Below, one piece after another: positions 12,473 to 24,689 of a stretch of 64,000 nucleotides of DNA. The position numbers were made by a program, and so were the translations under genes. A model generated the notes under the pieces. It made no database searches. It worked only from the letters and a program-made list of their open reading frames with translations, and was not told where the DNA came from. Location of the stretch: contig NC_069006.1 of assembly GCF_001194135.2 (NCBI RefSeq), positions 17,617,048 through 17,681,047 on the forward strand. The letters are read 5' to 3'. Every line of letters starts with the position of its first letter. The stretch's first letter is position 1. Origin of the DNA: Octopus bimaculoides (lineage: Eukaryota).

Positions 12473-12735
12473 TCATCATCCATTTAATGTCCGCTTTCCA
12501 TGCTAGCATGGGTTGGACGGTTTGACTGGGGACTGGCGAACCAGATGGCTACACCAAACTCCAATCTGATCTGGCAGAATTTCTACAGCTGGATGCCCTT
12601 CCTAACGCCAACCACTCCGAGAGTGTAGTGGGTGCTTTTTACGTGCCACTGGCACGAAGGCCAGTCCGGCGGTACTGGCAACGGCCACGCTCAAATGGTG
12701 TTTTTTTTACGTGCCACCTGCACAGGAGTCAGTCC
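12473..12735 (-). mobile_element. Family E retroposon 3' part, well preserved, CpG-rich
   Basis: catcatcatc...gtccgctttccatgctagcatgggttggacg...ggatgcccttcctaacgccaaccac. Confidence 0.85.
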
Positions 12736-14139
12736 AATGTTTTGTTCACATGCCACCAGTACAAGTGCTTGTAAGACGAATAACCTTTATTCTCTGGATG
12801 CTATTTGTTACATGGGTTCTCCCTTCTGAAGACTATTTCTAATACCCTGGCATTTTGTCTTAATTACAACAGCAACTCTGGCAGTCAGCAATCTGCTATA
12901 GTCTTTTTCTTCCAATGAAAGGGTGCCATTTTTTCTTTTTTTCTTTTAAGCTACATGCTATATTAAAGATTGCTTTTATTGTTTTTTTTTTCTTGCAAAA
13001 TATCCTACATACTATCACAGTCATTATTTGCCACCCCACCTCTGCATACACACACACCCATCCCTCTATCCACCTTCCCCCTCTTATTGACTCAGTCCAC
13101 TTCAGTCTCGAAGCATTTCGGTGATGTATATTTAGTGTCAACCTTCGCATAACTAATTACTTTTATCCACTTAGCTGTCACGCTCTCAAGATTTACCTTC
13201 TTTACAATGGATTTCATACATTGTAATCATGTGTCATATGCAATAGTTATGGCTTTGTTGTTATTGTTGATTTTGTTGTTAGTTTTTATTTTATTATTAT
13301 TTTTTTTTTCTTTCAGTTTTTGCTTACAGGAATATAATACATATCATTTTTTTTTTCTTTTGCTCTCAAAAAATGTTGCTGTTTACTTTTTTCTTTTTCT
13401 TTTTATTTTTCATTTATTGCTTTTGCTTTGTTGTTGAAACAAATTTTTAAGATAGTAAACCTGTTATTTCAAAGGTGGTTTTACTTACTTTGCCAACCAA
13501 CTGGCCAGCCAGCCAGCCGGCCAGCCGACCAACCAACCAGCCAGTGGCTGTGTTCATGGCCTATTGAAGCTCAGTATTGAAGGAATATTCAATCAGCTAA
13601 TGTTTGAGTAGATGGGCCAGCCAAGCCAATGTCAGTGATCTTCATTCAGCTTATGTCCATGCTCATCAATTACAGCATCCAAGCTCTCATTTATTTATTT
13701 CCACAGACTTACACTGAACCCCCTTCCCTCCTTCTCATTTGCTCATATTATGAATAAATAAATAATTTGCTGAATAGATGCTATTTCTAGCAAATAACTT
13801 GCCTTTATCATGGCACACAACCTTTTGCTGCTTTGTCAGGTCTTGTTTTACTCTTAGTTCAAAAGAGATTCTGTTTCAGTAAACTATGGTAACAGCTATC
13901 CGGGGTTTAGCTCTATTGTGATTAACTGTTGTTTGGTATGTTGACCTTGCATATTTTGTACATATAATTCACCTTGCATGTTTTGTATACAATTTATTCT
14001 TGTTATTTTTACTATTATTATCATTGTTTTTTAACTCCAGATCAGTCATCATTAATTTGATATCTGAACTAAAATGTTCCACTCAGGGCCATCCCAACTT
14101 TATTTTAACCTTAGTGGTATCTGTCTATGGCTATATTGT

Positions 14140-14480
14140 TGGACTGGATTGGATTGCCCATGTTCAGTCCACTACAGCACAATGGCTTCAGCAATGCTCT
14201 CTCTCCACCAACCATGGTGTGATGTGGAGGCCGTGAAATTGAGCTTGGGATCATACTGGTTTGATGAGCCTACTTTGCCACACTGGATCAACATGGCTTA
14301 GTAGAGCGGGGTGCAGTCTTTATACTCATACCCAGGAGTAGTTAAGTCGCTTGCATCGACCCTAGTGTTCAACTGGTACTTATTTTATTGACTCCAAAAA
14401 AAGGATGAAAGGCAAAGTTAACCTCAGCGGAATTTGAACTCAGAATGTAAAGACAGACAAAACATCCTTAAGCATTTCAC
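14140..14480 (-). mobile_element. SINE family B variant with about 200-bp alternative tail
   Basis: B body at 14345-14480 joined to ggattgcccatgttcagtccact...gtctttatactc; same composite on + at 22080-22450. Confidence 0.75.
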
Positions 14481-14849
14481 TTATTAGTGTTGAAATGGTA
14501 GAATGTGATTTGAGAGAGAGATATGGCTGTTATTTGTAACAGATCAAGTGGCCATGTAGAGCAGTGGTTTCCCAGCCTTTTCGCTACTATCTGGGACTTC
14601 TTTTATTTATTCAAATGAATTTTCTCACAAACCCAGGTTTGTTTCTGCAATATTTCTACTCAACAAACCAATTTCACTAACGCACTTTCTTCCCCAGTTT
14701 CATCTCTCAATTAAAAGATATATGTAATTGAATATACAGGCAAATAAACAGAAGGATTAACCAGACATACTTGATTAATGAGATAGTTGATGATGTTTTG
14801 TTGATGTTATATTCCAAATACCAGGTTCAATGGTATTTGGAATATAACA

Positions 14850-15160
14850 TCCAGTTTCAGCCATTAGACTGCGACCATGCTGGGGCACTACCCTTTTCAG
14901 TTAAATGAATTTACTCCAGTACTTTTAAGCATCATACTTTTATTCTATTGGTCTTTTTTGTTGAACCAGTAAGTTACGGGAGCATAGTGGTGGTGGTGGG
15001 CCAAAGACACATACATACACAGTTTCCACCTACCAAATCCACTCATAAGGCTTTGGTTGGCCCGAAGCTATAGTAGAAGAGAGTTGCCCAAGGTGTTACG
15101 CAGTAGGACTGAACCCAGAACTGTATGGTTGGGATGCAAGCTTTCTACCACACAGGCCTG
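14850..15160 (-). mobile_element. SINE family A
   Basis: gactgcgaccatgctggggcac...aaatccactcataaggctttgg...taggactgaacccagaac. Confidence 0.8.
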
Positions 15161-15356
15161 TATTACATCCTTCATATTTAAAAAAAAAAACTAGCAGGGG
15201 GTTGATTTGAAGGAGACTTTGCTGCTATCTCTAGAAATCTCAGTAACTACAAGAGCTCTCTCTCCTTCTCTCTCTCTCTCTCTCTCTCATCAGCTTGCTC
15301 TGATCAGTTCGTTTAGGGGGAGTAGACAGCGTGTTTTCATTCTATTATATCATTAG

Positions 15357-15409
15357 ACTTTCATTAAGCTGCTTGATATTGGTTTTACCAACGGTGCTTT
15401 TCTTATTCG
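15357..15409 (+). CDS. Candidate 53-nt exon, product unknown
   Basis: Acceptor ttttcattctattatatcattag, consensus donor CG|gtaagt; open as TFIKLLDIGFTNGAFLIR or LSLSCLILVLPTVLFLF. Confidence 0.3.
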
Positions 15410-16309
15410 GTAAGTTTGCAGTGCATATTAAAAGTAAGTGGTGGGGGTTGGGGTGGGATGGTGTGATGGCATGTGTGCGTGCGTGCATGCGTGAGGGAAA
15501 GGAAGAGTACGTAATCTGATCGCTTGGCTCCGAGCTATATCTGGTAGACAAGTCATGTTTAAGATGTTCTGTCTGTTGTAGATGTCAAGGTATGTTTACC
15601 ACTGATTACTGCTTGCCACATTGATTTCTCTCTATTTCTCTACTCATCATCATCATCATCATTATCATCATCCACAATATTTCAACTATTTTTTTTCCTT
15701 CCCCCAGCCAGACTTATACACTAGACAGGTGGATATTATTGCTCTTCTCCAACTACCTTTGTCTATTCTTGATCAGATAATCCTTTCTCTTTCTTCTGCT
15801 GTAGAGATTTACTCTCTCTCTCTCTCTCTCTCTCCCCCTCCCCTAACCGTTCACTTTTTTCTTTTGATTGTGCATGCGTGCACTCACACATGCATGCGTG
15901 TGCACTTAGAGCAAAGATTATAGCTGATGGCTGGATTTTGAACTTGAGACTTCGAAAGCTCTAAAAGAGCATTTAGTCTGGTGTCCAACTGTTCGTTGCT
16001 GTTTCACCTCCTTTTCCTATCCATAACTACATCATAAGTTATACCCGTGGTTCTCAACCAGGGTCCTCTGCTGTTCTTTTCAATATACCAGTTATATGTA
16101 GGGACAATATTGTATCTGTTGTGTGTATATTAACTATTGATTATACACTGTATATTTCTACAGTGTTAGTTGTGTTGTCAAGTGACTTGATATATGAGTA
16201 ACTTTTATTTCTCTTGCTGGCAGTCTGTTCAAATTAAATCAGTCTTTAATTGTGTAGAAGTGTGTTCTGTGCTGTAATTATGTTGGCGGGGGGGGGGGCT
16301 ATACTACTG

Positions 16310-16339
16310 TTACTGTGCCTCTGTCGTTTACAGGTGAGT
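16310..16339 (+). promoter_or_regulatory. Juxtaposed 3' and 5' splice-site consensus (recursive-splice-site-like)
   Basis: ctgtgcctctgtcgtttacAG|GTGAGT. Confidence 0.3.
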
Positions 16340-17826
16340 AAATTAATTAACTAAACATTCAGTTACTGTCATAGGAATAACTTGACTACCTTCTACACTT
16401 CATTATTGTTATGATTATCATTGCAGCTAATGGGGATTCCAAAGTTCTTCTTTTATGTGAATTACTTTCCCCCCCTCTTCATTTCAGCTTTGAAATAATT
16501 CCTTGCCTCTTGTACGTGCCTTACTAATTATACCAGTGATAGGTCTGAAATTTTCTGTTCGACTAAAGTAGTTTACAAAGCTTCTAGCTAGATAAGGTTT
16601 CAAAAACAGTCAGAAATCTACTAAAACTGAAGTGGAATGGAAAATTACTTAATGAAGTGGATTTAAGTGTGTTAAGGTGTAAACTACGTTTAAAATGGTT
16701 GGTAATATTAGATGCTGATATGGCAGCAGTCATCAAACAATCTTTGATTTTATTACAGCGCTGGTGGATGATAGTGTAATATCCATTTTGAGCATGTTGT
16801 GTGTCAATCAATATATATATACCACTAAGCTTCAGCTCTTGAGACACTCTTCTAATCTTCTAGTCATCCTCTCTTTAAATCACTTATTGTTTTCCCTTTA
16901 GTCTTCTGGCCAAAGCTTTTTTTTTTTTTTATTTCCTTTTTTGTTTTCATAGAGATAATATTTGATAAAAACCAGATCAACCTTAAAATTTAATTGCCAA
17001 TATATACTTACATATACACATCGATGTGTGTCTATAGCACACACACACACACACACNNNNNNNNNNNNNNNNNNNNNNNNNNNNNNNNNNNNNNNNNNNN
17101 NNNNNNNNNNNNNNNNNNNNNNNNNNNNNNNNNNNNNNNNNNNNNNNNNNNNNNNNNNNNNNNNNNNNNNNNNNNNNNNNNNNNNNNNNNNNNNNNNNNN
17201 NNNNNNNNNNNNNNNNNNNNNNNNNNNNNNNNNNNNNNNNNNNNNNNNNNNNNNNNNNNNNNNNNNNNNNNNNNNNNNNNNNNNNNNNNNNNNNNNNNNN
17301 NNNNNNNNNNNNNNNNNNNNNNNNNNNNNNNNNNNNNNNNNNNNNNNNNNNNNNNNNNNNNNNNNNNNNNNNNNNNNNNNNNNNNNNNNNNNNNNNNNNN
17401 NNNNNNNNNNNNNNNNNNNNNNNNNNNNNNNNNNNNNNNNNNNNNNNNNNNNNNNNNNNNNNNNNNNNNNNNNNNNNNNNNNNNNNNNNNNNNNNNNNNN
17501 NNNNNNNNNNNNNNNNNNNNNNNNNNNNNNNNNNNNNNNNNNNNNNNNNNNNNNNNNNNNNNNNNNNNNNNNNNNNNNNNNNNNNNNNNNNNNNNNNNNN
17601 NNNNNNNNNNNNNNNNNNNNNNNNNNNNNNNNNNNNNNNNNNNNNNNNNNNNNNNNNNNNNNNNNNNNNNNCCTCGCCCATCACTTCAAGCTGTCTGTTA
17701 TTGATTGCCAACACTATTGAAATTTACTAAAATAAATAAACAAAAGCAAAAGAGAGAGAAAAAAAATATTAGTGAGTATAATCTGAGATCTTTCTGGTTA
17801 TTAATTACATATTCATGTGTGTTTAG

Positions 17827-17937
17827 TCACTTCCTGAAAATACTGAGTGTCTACGAGAGAAAGATGTCTGGAAATTTGGCCATCAGTATATAAAGATAGC
17901 TGATGATATAGTTTTTGAAGACAAATTTTCCGTTTAG
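17827..17937 (+). CDS. Candidate exon or terminal exon, product unknown
   Basis: After acceptor ttcatgtgtgtttag a non-repetitive, GAN-codon-rich frame reads SLPENTECLREKDVWKFGHQYIKIADDIVFEDKFSV*. Confidence 0.25.
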   Translation, partial: SLPENTECLREKDVWKFGHQYIKIADDIVFEDKFSV

Positions 17938-18179
17938 TTGACTTAGCTAGAAAATAACTAGTTCATTTGGTTGTCAGTATATATATATAAGAGAGGGGGA
18001 GAGAGAGAAAGGGAGGTTTGTTTAAAATTTATTTCTAACTGCAGGCAGTCTCTCTCTCTTGCTGGTGTGGTTTCATCAAAAGACATCAACTTTGCTTTCC
18101 ATTCATCATTTAATATGGGTTGTTGTTTGTTGTCTTTCTTAGACATTGGTACTTCACTTGCAGATTCTATGGTTGCCTT

Positions 18180-18640
18180 TCAATATTCTCTTCCTCGTCC
18201 TCATCTCCCTCTTCCTCTTCTTCTCCCCTCTCCTTCTCTTCTTCCTCCTCATACTTATCTCCCTTCTCTCCTCTTCTCCCTCATCTCCCATCTCTTCCTT
18301 CCCTCCTTCCTCCTCTTCATCTCCTTTCTCTCCTCTTCTCCCTCATCATCATCTCCCTTCTCTTCCTCCTCCTTTCTTCCTCTTCCTCCTTTCTTCCTCT
18401 TCCTCCTTCTCCTTTCTCTTCTTCCTCATCATCATCTCCCTTCTCTTCCTCATCTCTCCCTCTGCTTCCTCTCCCACCTCTTCCTCCTTCCTCATCTCCC
18501 CCTCATCTGCTTCTTCCTCTCCCACCTCTTCCTCCTCTCCCACCTCTTCCTCCTCTCCCACCTCTTCCTCCTCTTCCACCTCTGCCTCCTCTCCCACCTC
18601 TTCCTCTTCTCCCACCTCTCCCTCTCCTCCTCTAAAAGAA
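18180..18640. repeat. Polypyrimidine/polypurine tract with degenerate 15-bp unit (cctctcccacctctt)
   Basis: About 460 bp almost free of G on the + strand; recurring ctcccacctcttcct. Confidence 0.85.
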
Positions 18641-18991
18641 CACCACTAGCCTTAAAGTACAATTGATATTCACTGTACAGGGTGATTGTTGTCTTCTACT
18701 TTTAATTAATAGTTTTAATAGTGTTAATTAATAGTTAACCAGTGAGCAAGTATGAAATGAATGAACTGTCAAAGAATGTTCCTTCAAAGAAAGAAGCAAA
18801 AAAGCAAAATAAAAGAAAGTCCAACCAAAATCACCCATTTACTGTTTTCTTCACTGAGTGAAAGACTTAACTTCATTCTGTCTACAAACCTACAAGGAAT
18901 TTCTACATGGAAAAACAGCAGCTAAATGTCCCTTAAATCACATTCTGCATTAGACAATGTGGTTCCTGGTAAACAGAAATATGCAATGAAG

Positions 18992-19358
18992 GCACATTGT
19001 GTGGTGAGAAGTTTGCATCCCAACCACATGGTTCCAGGTCAGTCCCACTGCATGGTACCTTGGGCAAGTGTCTTCTACTGTGGTCTTGGGCTGACCAAAG
19101 CCTTGTGAGTGGATTTTGTAGATGGAAACTATAAGAAGCCCATCATATATATAAATGTGTGTGTCTTTGTGCCTGTGTTTGTCTCCCTCCAACACTTGGT
19201 GTGTTTATGTCCCAGTCACTTGGCAGTTCAGCAAAAGAGACTGAAAGAATAAGTATGAGGCTTTAAAAAAAAATTTTTTTAAAGCATTAAAACTGCTTCG
19301 AGGTGATGCCCCAGCATGACCACAGTTTAATGACTGAAACAAGTAGCTGATAAAAGAT
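18992..19358 (+). mobile_element. SINE family A, full length
   Basis: tgtgtggtgagaagtttgcatcccaaccacatggttccagg...ccccagcatgaccacagtttaatgactgaaacaag. Confidence 0.85.
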
Positions 19359-19719
19359 TTTTTTTAAATGATCCTAGCTGAAAGTGCTTTCATCTTAGGA
19401 CTACTCACTCAGGGTTGACCTGGGGCTAAACAACAACAACAACAACCCTAGATGGGTGAAAGACTAAGTAAATAGCAGGATTTGGATGAATTGAGAGTCT
19501 GAAGGAAGAACAACAGCTAAATATTGTAAGGCATGGCTCCCCACTTCCAGTTTTACCTCACCCCTGTTCCAGAGGTGGTTAATTTTTGGCCATGAATAAC
19601 TATTTATTATTTATACCCCTGTTGGTGGTTGTTTCTTCAGATGAGTGTAAAGGGTTGGTGAGTCTAGTGGTGTGTTTGATTGTCCTTCTATATGCCATAG
19701 GTCATACATATGTATGTAC

Positions 19720-19755
<36 letters not shown>

Positions 19756-21931
19756 ATATTCTATTGTCACCATCCTCCATCCTCATCTTGCTAAGGCCGG
19801 GGCAGGGAGGGAGGGTTTATAAGATCTGGGGTGAGGGTAAAGAAGAGTGTTAAAACAGAGAGCATATGAGAAGGAAAGCCAGAGAGAGANNNNNNNNNNN
19901 NNNNNNNNNNNNNNNNNNNNNNNNNNNNNNNNNNNNNNNNNNNNNNNNNNNNNNNNNNNNNNNNNNNNNNNNNNNNNNNNNNNNNNNNNNNNNNNNNNNN
20001 NNNNNNNNNNNNNNNNNNNNNNNNNNNNNNNNNNNNNNNNNNNNNNNNNNNNNNNNNNNNNNNNNNNNNNNNNNNNNNNNNNNNNNNNNNNNNNNNNNNN
20101 NNNNNNNNNNNNNNNNNNNNNNNNNNNNNNNNNNNNNNNNNNNNNNNNNNNNNNNNNNNNNNNNNNNNNNNNNNNNNNNNNNNNNNNNNNNNNNNNNNNN
20201 NNNNNNNTGTTGGGCTTATATTTTGTTGTTATTGTATTAGTGAGCAGTTGAGTGGGGGGAGGGTAGGGATGGTGGTTATATGTGTGCATGTGTAAGAAGA
20301 AGAAAAAAGACAAAACAAAGAGATTGTGAGATGGTAACTGGAGAGAGAGAGAGAAAGAGAGAGAGTGTTTTCTTCTTCTCAGTGGTGGTGGTGGTGGTGG
20401 TGGTGGTGGCAGCAGTGTATCATGTGTGATGTATTGTTCATGCTGTGGCTCAAAAGAATCAATATGGTGAAGAAGCTTTCAAGTGAATAAAAAAACAAAA
20501 CAACAAACTAAATAAAGTCTATGAAATTATTTTGATAACACAGTATCAGTTTTGTTGGGAAGCTGCATTAGAATTGGACATTATTGGAAATCACATCTTT
20601 GTTTAACATGATGGCTTTTTTTTTTTTTTTGGTTTTGATTTGTCATTTTTTTGTTTTGTTTGGTTTTGTTTTCATGAAGAGACCAGGAGTATGTCTGTCT
20701 CTACCAGTGGTTGGCTTTCCATGGTAAAAATAGCAGCCAAGTCTCCTACAAGTAATACCGTTTCTGGTTTGTGAAACAGAAGGCTATGTTGAAGTGCATG
20801 GCCTTAGATACCTATATCAGATGTGATGGTCACATCTGGAACACACGGAACAGTTGTTCATAGGTGTATCAGGGCAAGACTAAACTGCTGCTGCTACTAA
20901 ATTTCTTTTAAGAGACACAGTCATGTTTTCAGTTTTAGCAAGCAAGAAAAGTCTGCCTCCATATGGTTAAACAACCTGCTAGAAGTAGGAGTCAAATCAT
21001 ATGTGATCCCTGCAGAATGGTCATGGCTGGAATCCTTATTATGGATCTGCTCAATCAGGGTAACCACAGCAGCAGCAGCAACAACATATATCTTTGACAT
21101 TTCTAACTGTTGCTATCCTGTATATGTATATCTTTTAGTTATTGTTGTCTTTGTGGTGAATCTCCAACACATTCTGAGATTACAGTGAGATTTAGGACTT
21201 CAAAAATACCTTCTTGCCACTGATTCGAAGATGATAGAGCTGTTTGGGAAACCCAACTATTGCAGTCAGTAGGTCAGCTGACCACTGTAAATGACCACTC
21301 ATTGGTTTTTGAAAAGTTGTTGTTTAGTCCCGAGTCAGTCCTGATTTAGTGAACCTGTAACTTATCTTGTCTATTTTTACATCTCGGACTACCTTGATTC
21401 ATGTATCCTTCATTTTTAAGACGATCGTGTGTTAATTTGAAGATTATTTGGCCTGCTCTTTCTAGCAAACTTAGCGACTATGTAGAGGACCTCTTCATAG
21501 CTTAGGTGACAACAACAAAACTACAATTTAATTAGTTTCAGAGAGAAGGAGGGAAGGAAACATAGCTATGAGATGTATCATGATGGGTGCAAACTTATGG
21601 CCAAAGTCCCCACCCCCANNNNNNNNNNNNNNNNNNNNNNNNNNNNNNNNNNNNNNNNNNNNNNNNNNNNNNNNNNNNNNNNNNNNNNNNNNNNNNNNNN
21701 NNNNNNNNNNNNNNNNNNNNNNNNNNNNNNNNNNNNNNNNNNNNNNNNNNNNNNNNNNNNNNNNNNNNNNNNNNNNNNNNNNNNNNNNNNNNNNNNNNNN
21801 NNNNNCATCCCTATGCTGCTGTGGTTGACTCACGTATTTTTTTGCTGGAGTATTTAAATCTCATTTTGTTAATGTTGTGGAGATGGGCCAAAATCGGCTT
21901 TGCCTTTGCCAACTTAATTGTAGTCGCTTAC

Positions 21932-22013
21932 CTGACAGTTGTTACACACCACATATAATTAGTGATCACTTGACAACATTGGCAGAAAGCAGCAGCATCG
22001 CTATGGATACCAA
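21932..22013 (-). CDS. Candidate 82-nt exon, product unknown (may be non-coding)
   Basis: Minus acceptor gcctcttttcag, donor CAG|gtaagc; only one frame open (GIHSDAAAFCQCCQVITNYMWCVTTV). Confidence 0.2.
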
Positions 22014-22079
22014 CTGAAAAGAGGCTTTCACTTTTTTTCTTTTCTTTGTTTTGTAAATTTAATTTTATTTGTGTAACAT

Positions 22080-22450
22080 AAGGTGGCAAGATGGCAGAAT
22101 TGTTTTGCAGCTGGGCAAAATGCGTGGTGATATTTCATCTGTCCTTACGGCATGAGTTCAAATTCTGCCGGGGCCAATTTTGCCTTTCATACTTTTGAGG
22201 TCAATAAAATTAATTACCAGTTGAGCACTGGGGTTGATGTGATAAACTCTACTACCTCTGGGTAAGAGTATAAAGACTGCACCTTTCTGCCAAGCCATGT
22301 TGAGCCAGTGTGGAAGAGTAGGCTCATCAAGCCAGTATAATCTCAAGCTCAAATTTATGGCCTTCTCATCAGATTGTAGTTGGTGGAGAGGGTGTGCTGA
22401 GGTCCTTGTTCTACAGTGGACTGAACATGGGCAATCCAATTCAATGCAAA
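22080..22450 (+). mobile_element. SINE family B variant with alternative tail
   Basis: aaggtggcaagatggcagaattg...gagttcaaattctgcc...gggtaagagtataaagactgcac...gtggactgaacatgggcaatcc. Confidence 0.8.
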
Positions 22451-22459
22451 ACATAGCTG

Positions 22460-22705
22460 CAGGCATGGCTTGTGGTAAGAAGCTTGCTTCCCAACCATAT
22501 GTGGGGTAAGTGACTTCTACGATAGCCTCAGGCCAAATCAAGGCCTTGTGAGTGGATTTGGTAGACTGTAACTGAAAGAAACTCATCATAAAGTTCCAAG
22601 TTTAGAAATAAGTATGGGGTCAATTTGTTCAACTGAACCCTTTAAGTCAGTGCCCTTGCATGGCTGCAATCCAAAGAGTGAAACAAATAAAAGATAAAAG
22701 ATAAC
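22460..22705 (+). mobile_element. SINE family A with internal deletion
   Basis: Head (ggcatggcttgtggtaagaagcttgcttcccaacc) and tail (gaaacaaataaaagataaaag) present; central part missing. Confidence 0.75.
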
Positions 22706-22724
22706 CATGATATTACTCAAAGCA

Positions 22725-22870
22725 GTTGTGAGCTAGATTTGGGTAATACCATAGTCTAAAGGTTGTGAGTTAGCTATGGCTAATGTAGTGTAGTGGTTGT
22801 GAACTACCATTAGGTAATATCACAGTGGTTTTGAGCCAGCTTTGAGTAATAATGTAGTTGTGAATTAGTG
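22725..22870. repeat. Degenerate minisatellite, 29-37-bp units anchored on GTTGTGAR
   Basis: Anchors at 22725, 22762, 22796, 22828, 22857; units share gttgtgag.tag...gg.taat. Confidence 0.6.
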
Positions 22871-23178
22871 GTGAGTTCAAGGTTTTGTCTTCAGATCTTG
22901 GTGTTATGAATTTTTGCTTACATGTTGTCAAACCCACAACAACTGTGGCTTGCTACCCACCTAGTTATCTATTCATATCAAATAAAACAGTAAGATAGGG
23001 GAAGTATGTAGCTTTGTTCATTCAAAACCTCTTCAAATGAATCGCAAAGAGATTCTGAATTTACAATTGTCCTTTTGCAAGCAGAACTTCTAACGACTTG
23101 GCCGATTAACTCCAGATTTAGGCAAAAGGGTGATTAACATGTTTTAAACATCTAAATATGTAGAAGTGCATGCACATG

Positions 23179-23215
<37 letters not shown>

Positions 23216-23404
23216 CTCTGAACATTAAGAGAGAGAGAGAGAGAGAGAGAGAAAGAGTAATTAGAATAAAATGAATGGGTATCAAAAAACATTGGGTTTA
23301 TCAAAAAATATGGTAGAAAGACATTTGCTTGGTGTTGTGGAGTGGATGTGACTCAGCCATTTCAACCTCGACCACCACAAAAATATGTGTCTCCATGTGT
23401 GTTT

Positions 23405-23790
23405 GTCTTTTACTTGTTTCAGTCTTTGGACTGCAGCCATGCTGGTGCACTGGCTTGAAGGCTTAGTTGAACAAATCATCTCCAGTACTTATTCAAGTCT
23501 GGTACTTTATTCTATCAGGCTCTTTTACTAAGCTGCTAAGTTACTGGAATGTAAACAAACCAACATTGGTGGGGGGGGGGTGCATAGATGCAGTCACACA
23601 CAAGTGCGTAAGTGTGTGTGTGTGTATTTCACTTAGGCATTATGATACTAATAATCTGGTGTAGAACTCAATGTACACATGCTTCAGGACGATGTGTTAG
23701 TCGAGTAGAGAGCAGTAAAAAGAAAATGAGATGACAAAGGAACAAATGAAGTCCATAAGATAATCCTTTATTCCATTGTCATCTCATTTT

Positions 23791-23830
<40 letters not shown>

Positions 23831-24000
23831 ATCCATACTTACATACATACATACATACATATAATGGGCTTCTACACAGTGTCCTTCTTCCAAACTCCGT
23901 CACAAAACATTGGGTTACTGTAGAAGACACTTGCCCAAGGTTCCATGCAGTGGGACTGAACCTGAGATGACATGGTTACAAAATGAGTTTCTTAACCACA
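23405..24000 (-). mobile_element. SINE family A pieces (tail 23405-23600, head 23860-24000)
   Basis: cttttacttgtttcagtc... and ...gaagacacttgcccaaggttccatgcagtgggactgaacc. Confidence 0.7.
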
Positions 24001-24689
24001 TACCCTTTACATATTGTTTACATACACTTTGCATATATTTAGTTGTGATATTTTAGTCTCTTGCAATTGCGTAAAACTGTTTTTCTCTTAGTTCCATTCT
24101 CAGTGATGGTATCAATAATATAGCTTCACTTGATACAGTTTTCTTTCTTTTTGTTTTGTTTTTTTGTTTTTCCTAATATTTCTCCTTCCCTCTTTTACTC
24201 TGTATTGATATCAACTCTTCCATCCTTTTTTTATTTCCCCAAATCAATATATATATATATATATATATATCTACATGTGTGTACTCTACTCTACTCTACT
24301 CTACATACAAGTATTTCATCTCATAACTCACATGGTTCGGCTAATAAATGTCACACCTTTTGCCTTTCTCCCCGTCCCCCACCCACCCACTTCCCTTCTC
24401 ACCACTCTGCTCTTGCTCTCTCTGTCTGGCGAGATATGACTTCTGATGCACTTTCATGTCTTTCCTTCTCTGCTTCTGCCAGTCTTCAACTAGCTTCTAA
24501 GATTTTTTTTTTTCTACTTGAGATTTCAGATTTGTTCTGTCTCAGCTCTCCTCCCTCCATCCCTTTGGCTAGCTTCACTGTTTTGTTGTTAGAAACATTG
24601 ATGGTTGTCAGTTGTCTTCTTTAGGCTGTGATCTTTCTGTCTGTCTGTTTGTTTCTGCATATACAGATAGACACATCAACAAGCATGTC

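Noticed and set aside
15357-15409. Naming the exon as SH2 (GAFLIR) or SLC35-type (LDIGFTN) sequence
   Set aside because: Similarity covers fewer than 12 residues, two frames are open, and no supporting neighbouring exons were found; no gene symbol is justified
16962-17720. Long ORFs spanning N-runs (also 19783-20313, 30660-31677, 33986-35166, 47958-48690, 49475-50027, 52445-53225)
   Set aside because: Open only because N codons contain no stops
18349-18615. Glu-rich minus-strand ORF as a real protein
   Set aside because: Derived from a purine-rich minisatellite, with no acceptor or start context
22725-22870. CRISPR array
   Set aside because: Eukaryotic context, anchors only about 8 bp, spacers related to one another, no cas genes
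23270-23400. Protein-like frame EWVSKNIGFIKKYGRKTFAWCCGVDVTQPFQPRPPQK
   Set aside because: An in-frame TAA lies just upstream with no intervening AG acceptor, and there is no strong donor
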